A DNA stretch of 63,896 bases, filler included. It is 11 parts of 11 records of this genome, joined end to end, with 100 filler letters (N's around TTAATTAATTAA, not from the genome) between each part and the next. Parts side by side here need not be neighbours in the genome. Positions count along the whole stretch, not along the records: positions 54,274 to 60,771 come from SRR7504441_1991; positions 60,872 to 63,896 come from SRR7504441_2097; 9 more parts are not named here. One strand, 5' to 3'. Each line of letters starts with the position of its first letter. Position 1 is the stretch's first letter. The notes beneath the pieces were generated by a model, which did not search any database, was not told the DNA's origin, and saw only the letters and a program-made list of their open reading frames with translations. This document shows positions 57,201 through 63,896 of the stretch, one piece after another. The translations under genes were made by a program, and so were the position numbers.

Positions 57201-59477
57201 GCAGAAGGTGCAGCAACTTGAGCGGACGCTGGGAGAGAACAAGCAGGCTTACGAGCAGGCAGACACGCAGTATAAACGGGCCCAGAACAAGCTGACCAGC
57301 CTGAAGCAGCTGTTGGTGGATACCAAGAGCTCGCTCGACCGCAACTCTGTCCTGTTCTCCCAGTCAAAGCTGCAGCTCGACCAAGACAAGCAGAAGGCCG
57401 AAAAGCGTGCGACCGAGCTGAGGGTTGTGTACGCCAAGAGAGGCATAAAAACCAGCCGGTCTAAGCTCCGGCAAGCTCAGACCAAGCAGAAGGCTGATGA
57501 TCAGGCCGAGGCGCTTGAGCAAGCTGAGCAACAAGCTACCGCTATCGAGCAGCAGGCAGCAGCTGAGCAGCAGGCTGCACAAGCAGAGGCTGAGCAGAAG
57601 CAGCTGGCTGAGACAAAGGAGACGGAGGCAGCCACCGAGGCTATGGATCGGCTGGAGCGTGAGAAGGCAGCTGATCGACAGAAGGCTGGCACCATCCGGG
57701 CCAAGCGGGCGGCGCTAATGCAGGCAGCTGAGCAGACAAAGCAGGCTGAGATAGACGAGCAGGCAAGCCTGGAACTGGAACAGACGACGCAAACAGAAAC
57801 TGAAGCTCAGGCTAAGCAAGCCAAGCAGGAGTGGCAGCGGAAGACCGAAGTACTTAGGCACAAGGCTCGCCGTCTGAAGTCTCGCTGGCAGACCATGATA
57901 CAGAAACAGGCCGGACTGGTCGAGGCTGCGAAGCAGAAGCTGCGGCAGGCGCAGGAGGCGCTTGTGTCTGCCAAGCGACGGCTCAGCCAAGCAACAGAGG
58001 CACAGGAGATGGCTGCTATGAGCCTTAAGCAAAGAAAGGAGCAGCTGCAGCTTGCAAACAGCAAGTGGCTGCAGCAGCAGGCCGGGCTCCTGAAACTGCA
58101 AGAGACTGCCAACGAGGCGCACAAAAGGTGTGGGCAACTGCAAGCCGAGTACAAGACGGCAAAGCAGCAGCAGGCGCACCAGCGAAAGGAGCAGGGCAAG
58201 ACCAGAGTGAAGCGTGCTGCTGAGCAATCCAGTCTGCTTCGGAAACAGGCTGGAGAGGCTCAGCTTAATGCTGTGGACGCCGGGGAATCCGCTAAGAAGG
58301 CTGTCGTGGATCACGAAGATGACGTCGCCCAGCTCAAGAGTCGCTTGATCCGAGAAGAAGAAGATGCCAAGCAGTCGCTCATGCGCGACGTGCGTGAGGC
58401 TGAGGCCGAGGCCCAGGCTGAGGTGAACCAGGCAAAGGGGAATTCGATGAGTGCATCGATGAAGGCCGAAGAGGCCCAAGAGAATCTAAAGATTGTATCC
58501 AAACGTACCAAACAGGAGCAGCGGCTGGCGAAGGTAGAGGCGGACCAAAGCGTGCAAGGCGCAAAGACGAGGGCTGAACAAGCACAAAGAGTGGCCCAAA
58601 CCAAACGGATGAAGCAACAGGCCGAGGAGGCCGAGGCAAAGCGAGAGGCGGACAAGACTAAACATATGGAAGACCTGCAGCAGAAAGCCGAGCAGCAGCA
58701 AGCCGATGCAATGGACCACCAGCAAGCAAGCAAACAAGACTTGCGACATCAGTCGGAGCAAGCTGTTCAGCAGCTGAGTTTATCACGTCAACGGATGCGC
58801 GCTAGCCGTGAAGAGGATCAAATGGTCAAGCGAAAACTTGATTCGGCTAAGGCTCGTCTTGCTGATGTCAAAAGCGCTGCAGACAAGCAGGCGCGCATCC
58901 TTGAAGAAGAGGAGGACAGAATGCGGCAGGCCGACCGGCAATCAGCACTTGCACTGGCGGAGGCACAGCGCGACGCTGCCTCTCAGACGCACCAGGCTCA
59001 GAGTGACGAGAAGACAGTCCGGAGGGAGGAGGCAGACAAACTCAAGGACGCGGAACTGCAGCTGGACAGCAAGCTAGCCGCCTTGCGTGCCGAGTTGCGA
59101 CAAAAGGTCGGTCTGAAAGCCATGCAGAGCTAACTTGTGGCGCAGGTGCAAAGAGCCAAGCACCAGGCCCGGCTGGAGCTAGACCAAAAGAATCAGGAGT
59201 GGACGACTCAGCTCGCCAAGTATAAGCACCTGCATGACACGGCCTCAGATGACCAGCAAAAGGTCCAGGATGAGATTTTGGATCACAAGGTAGTCATTCA
59301 TGCTCCATTCCATTCACTGAATCTCGGTTGCAGGCGGCGATAAGCGATGCTCAGCAGAAGACGGAGCTGATGAACAAGCGGTCCGAGACTCTGCGAGGAA
59401 ACATGTTCGATTCTATCGACGCTAACAACGACAACATGATCTCCAACAAAGAGTTCGCGTCGCCGACAAGAATATAG
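54274..59477 (+). CDS. Very long coiled-coil protein with C-terminal EF-hand (5'-partial)
   Basis: ORFs 54515-54970, 55198-59133 and 59137-59343 are A/E/K/Q/R-rich heptads joined by short introns; the last exon encodes MFDSIDANNDNMISNKEF. Confidence 0.75.
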
Positions 59478-59896
59478 ATTCGTTAAGAATATATCCTCCT
59501 AGGCCTCGTGTCAACGGTTCTGTCTGTTATCTGTCTGGAGACGCATGGTACTGGTATGGTACACTAGTCTACGCATGATAGTGAACTAGGGAGATTCCTT
59601 ATAAATTCCTCTTTGGCATAGGTCGTTGACATTTGTAGCGACATTGTACATACACTAATTACGCAAGTACACGCGCATTACTGGTACTGTACACGCGCAT
59701 TGTTGGGCTTAACCAACGATGGATCGGACTATAGTACTAATTAATTAAGCCGTTCAGTAGAACTTGACTCTTACTGAGTGTGCTCGAGTTGTCGGCTTGT
59801 TGTAATTCCAGAATGATTTATTTTACAAAGTATTTACAAAGCATGTACATGAACAGAATTAAACAGAATCTGATAATTATACAAGTCATGTACCAA

Positions 59897-59952
59897 GCAA
59901 GCTTGAGCACTATCTACAAAGTTGTGCAAGCTTGAGCACTATCTACAAAGTT
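59897..59952. repeat. Tandem direct repeat, 27 bp x2
   Basis: gcaagcttgagcactatctacaaagtt at 59897-59923 and 59926-59952. Confidence 0.9.
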
Positions 59953-59999
59953 ACATACCACAGAGCTCCAGGCTGAGCGTGGCTGAGCGGTGACATAGA

Positions 60000-60771
60000 T
60001 TAGTCGGTTCCGGGGCCGGATGTAGCGCCGTCAGTAACAATGTCATCTGTACCAAAAACATCTGACGCGATTCCGTCAAAGGGAAAGCTCGTCAAAAGGT
60101 CGTCAGCAGAGCTCACCCTTGGGGTTGGGTCAGCGAGATCCTCAAGATCGTTGGTATCGATTTCATCGAAGGGAGAATCATTGGACTGGCTGTGGCCCTT
60201 AGACCCTTCAAGTTTGGCTTGCTTCAAAGACGTCAGCTCCACCCTTGGCATCGATTCCATGGCAGATTTTGAGATCCTTGGCATCGATTCCATGCTTAAT
60301 CCTGCGGTTTTGAGATCCTTGGCATCGATTCCATGGCAGAGAGAATCAGTGGACTTGCTCTGCCCCTTTGACGCTCCTAGGCTGATTTGCTGCAAAGCCG
60401 CCAGGTCCACCCCAGAGCCAAGTTTTGGGATTCCCTCCGAGAGGTTCCTCTTAGGCGCCTCTCCCCCCAACCACAAAGATTCGAGAGAATCCATCCCGGA
60501 GCTTGGGCTCCCGAGCTCCGGACAATCCGAGGAAAGAATTTTGTTTGAGACCACTCGTGCTTGCAACTGGACGCCCAGACCAGGGGCCACTTGGTTCAAA
60601 TCGTCGGTTGACTTGAATATGCTCAACGTCTGATCCAGTCCTCCATAGATTATCCCAGCTTCCTCCAGCGCTGCCTTAGCTTGGGTGAGGTCTTGCACCT
60701 TGAGTTGCAGTTCCCTCAATGATGCCTGGGTCCTATCTCGCTCATTCTTTGCGGCATCCCAGCCCGTTTGC
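60000..60771 (-). CDS. Hypothetical protein C-terminus (coiled coil plus low-complexity repeats), 5'-partial
   Basis: Open frame from the spacer to TAA at 60000; internal peptide repeats (SKGQSKSTDS/SKGHSQSNDS, MESMPR x2). Confidence 0.6.
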
Positions 60772-60871
60772 NNNNNNNNNNNNNNNNNNNNNNNNNNNNN
60801 NNNNNNNNNNNNNNNTTAATTAATTAANNNNNNNNNNNNNNNNNNNNNNNNNNNNNNNNNNNNNNNNNNNN

Positions 60872-63817
60872 CTCCCCGGCCCGCCATCGCGTGACTATCC
60901 GTCTTATCAGCATCGCTGTCCTCTGCTGTGTCAAGCCCGCCTGCTCTTTCATCCGCTTGGCCGCTCTCTTGTGCTCAGCTAGCCGTTGACTGGCTGTCTT
61001 CTGGTCGTGCATATTTAGCTTCCACGTGCCCAGCGTATTGCCAAGATCGGAGCTGGCCATTCGAGCGACTAGATTTCTGATTTGCTTGGTTGCCTGGTGC
61101 TTGGCTGTAGCCAGCAGCGTATCCTCCAACACTTCGATTTCAATTGTCCTCTCCACCTCGACTTGTTCGATCCAATGCCGAGACGCAGCCAACTGCTGGC
61201 TCCTTGCCTGCCGATGCCAATTCAACACGATATTGGTGATGCCAAGGTGTGTGATCCGCAGTGCGATGCCTCTCATTTGTGACACTGCACATTGTCTCAA
61301 ACGCGCCCGAGTCGTCGACTGATCACCAAGAGCTTTGTGCCACAGGTGCACCGCCCCTCTTACCCTCCTCCTGGTGCTCCTCCTCGCACTCTGCGCTCGC
61401 TTCCTTGCTCTCAACGCCCGTCTCACCCGATGAACCCAACTAAGCACCACCCGCTGAAGCAGCCCCAAGCAAGTTTGGTTGCCTCTCAAGTTCAGCCTCC
61501 ATTCCAGCAGGGCGCGATGCGCTGTGCTGCGCACCATATGTATTGCCACCCATCTCAGCTGCAATACAGAGTTATGTTGATTACGTCGGGCTGCCTCGAG
61601 CTCCAGCTCATCCACAGCGCACCCGACCATTTCCAGTCTACACGCAACGATTTGGTCGATCCTTGCCTGGAGGCGCCAGGCGACCACAGTCGCCAACAGC
61701 TGTTGGCTTCGTAATCGGGCCACCATGCGTTGCATGAGATGGCCAGCCGTCACTCGGTCTCGCTGGTTTCGCTTCCATCTGACCAATGCACCACCGAGAT
61801 CGCAGTGGGCCTCACGAACCAGCATGTTCCTCAGCCGAGTGACCGAGCTGCCCCTGGTCAGACTTAGCATAACCAGCCGCAGCTCCAGTTCGTTCGCCGC
61901 GCGCTCAGCTGCATCAGCTCGAAGCTGCCAATTCCCTTCGCAGCCCGTTGCCTGAAAATGCCACTGAAGTACGGCACTTAACAGCCTGTGGCCGCACCAT
62001 CCAACCAAGAGTTGGCTCATTATACACACAGCCCGGGTCCGGCCCTGATACTTGCAGATCTCTCTCCCCCGGGCCGCCTGCTGCCTCCAAGAGCTAAAAG
62101 CGGCAGCCAGCCACCTCTTGATCAGCCCCAAGAGACCCCTGTGGACCAGCCTCGCCCTGGCTGTCTGCTTCCTCCACACTCTTAGGGCAGGGCCTCGCCG
62201 CCTGTGCACCAGAGCACCCAGCCACCGCCATTCGCGGCTGTTCAGTCTCCAGTTGCTTAGCACTTCTCTGCCAGCCCAACCGCTCCAGAGTGGCCAGAAT
62301 ATCCACTTCATTTGGGTAGCTGCGTGGCTCTTCTCAAGCGCCGCGACGGCCCGATCCATCATTGCACGGGCCGCGTGCGATTGCCAGCTGATCAGACATT
62401 TCGATAGCTCCCTGCGCCGCCAGCGCCCAGAGACCCGGCGCACGACTGCTGCCGCGCCAACTTGCCCGTGCCTCATCCGCTTGCGCAGCTTCCATTCAGC
62501 CACCACAGCGCTGAGCTCGCATCTGGCCATCCGCAGCGCAATGTGCTTCAATCTTAAGCAGGCGTGGTTGACGACGTGGTTCTTGAGCATGGCGGATGTT
62601 AGCTCCAGATGGGTTGCGCTCATCTCGGCGTCCTCCGTCTGGGCCTTCAGTTTGGACGAGCTGGCGCCCCACAGAGTGAGCCCCCTCCCCAGCCAGCGCA
62701 CCTATCCACTCGAACCCGCTTGTGCCAAATCCCAAGAATTTGCCGTATTTGGGCTTGGAGCCACCGAGCCGCCAGTCGCTTCATCGGGCGGTAGGCTCTG
62801 AGCAGGGCCAAGCTCGCCTTGGAAGCCTCGAGCTCGATTCTAAAGTTGTCGAGCCAGCTCCTCACACGCCGCCACACCTTCTCTTGCTGCCAACGCCCCG
62901 CCACCTGACGCATCAGCCTCTGTCCGCGAGCCTGCACAGTCGGTCAGATCTCATGCGCTACAGTCTGCTTACCGCTGCCCGGTGCTGCCGCAGCCTGCTG
63001 GTCCAGCGCTCAACACTGCTGGCCACTGCAACATTCTGCCAACGCATCACCACCCGACGAACCACGTTGGATGCGCCGCCTCGGCAGGACAGAGCCAGGC
63101 GCAACAGACGGGCAGTTGCGGCAGCCAGGCTCTTGTTGTAATCCCAGTTGGCCAGTGACCTGCGACTGCTCACCGGCACACCAGCCAAACCCACCTGCTG
63201 GCCACGGTTGCCATCCAGCGCTGCGCGATGAACACAAACCGCTGTGCCGCCGAGTGCCGGGCGGATAGCCTCACCCGCCGCCAGGTGCAAACCGCCTCTT
63301 GGTGCGCCCTCCAGTTTTGGGTGAGAGATTGCACCGCCGCCCGGACCGAAGATTGCTGCCATAGCCGCATCACGTCTCTGATGGTCTCCAGCGCCGAGCC
63401 CCGTCGCGCCTGTGAAAGCCGCCGGCCTAGCGACTTGGTCTTGGCCCTCGATTGCTGCTCTGCGGCCAGCCGGGCCGCCAGAAGGAAGTTGAGCCGCAGG
63501 CTGGCCACCACCTCGCGGGTGCCGATTTTGTGCGCCCGGCCGGCCAGCTTGAGCAGGAAGGCGGCAGCCACAGGCTTATGCGGCACAGCCCAGGCAGAGC
63601 CCGGCTGCGGCGACTTTCGGCGGACTTGGTCGTTGCTGATCGATCCGCGCCGTCGAGCCGCCATCGCGCGCGGCTGTCTGCCGGCCTGCTGATCGGCGCT
63701 GAGCGAACCGAGGGAGCCTCGACGCTGCCCAGCTGACGGGCGCATCACCGTCGGTGGTGCTGAGCCTGGATGCTGTACGGCTGTAGTGTCATTGACAGCA
63801 AGCACGTTTCCATGCAA
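60872..63817 (-). CDS. Sfi1-like Trp-repeat protein (putative centrin/calmodulin binding), 3'-partial
   Basis: Basic helical repeats with periodic Trp (AAFSSWRQQ, CLISWQSH, VLSNWRLN, LVRWKRN) across ORFs 63170-63817, 62647-62937 and 60824-62701. Confidence 0.6.
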
Positions 63818-63896
63818 GTAGATGTAGATCTACTTGATGAATCCCAACAACATCAGGACTCAACGGTTGTCTTGTACACCCCCAGACCCCAGTCTG

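Noticed and set aside
59897-59952. CRISPR mini-array
   Set aside because: Only two copies separated by 2 bp; a simple tandem duplication.

Overview
This window is not one locus. It is 11 short contigs joined by artificial 100-nt spacers (44 N + TTAATTAATTAA + 44 N). The DNA is eukaryotic, from a GC-rich, gene-dense protist-like genome with very short (mostly 39-50 nt) spliceosomal introns. Ordinary genes include eRF3, a calmodulin-like protein, a DHHC palmitoyltransferase, a REEP/HVA22 protein, an MFS transporter, a DEDDy exonuclease and several coiled-coil proteins; there are also several bacterial-like secreted enzymes. The standout is a ~2,950-aa gene (16459-~25931, +) that I could splice by hand into one reading frame. 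It encodes a bacterial-type alpha-2-macroglobulin with an intact CVEQ thioester motif and an N-terminal myristoylation-like MGSCNS instead of a signal peptide. About 5-6 ubiquitin-like domains are inserted along it. Its bait region carries a complete Hint (intein-like) domain fused directly to near-canonical ubiquitin (70/76 identical to human, ending RLRGG). This suggests an intracellular, self-processing or deubiquitinase-triggered thioester trap. A second candidate, on a different contig, is a BPL_N/GATase-fold Cys-His-Glu enzyme fused to RanBP2/NZF-type and ZnF-UBP zinc fingers, a possible new deubiquitinase-like hydrolase. All family calls come from motif recognition by eye; no database searches were run.
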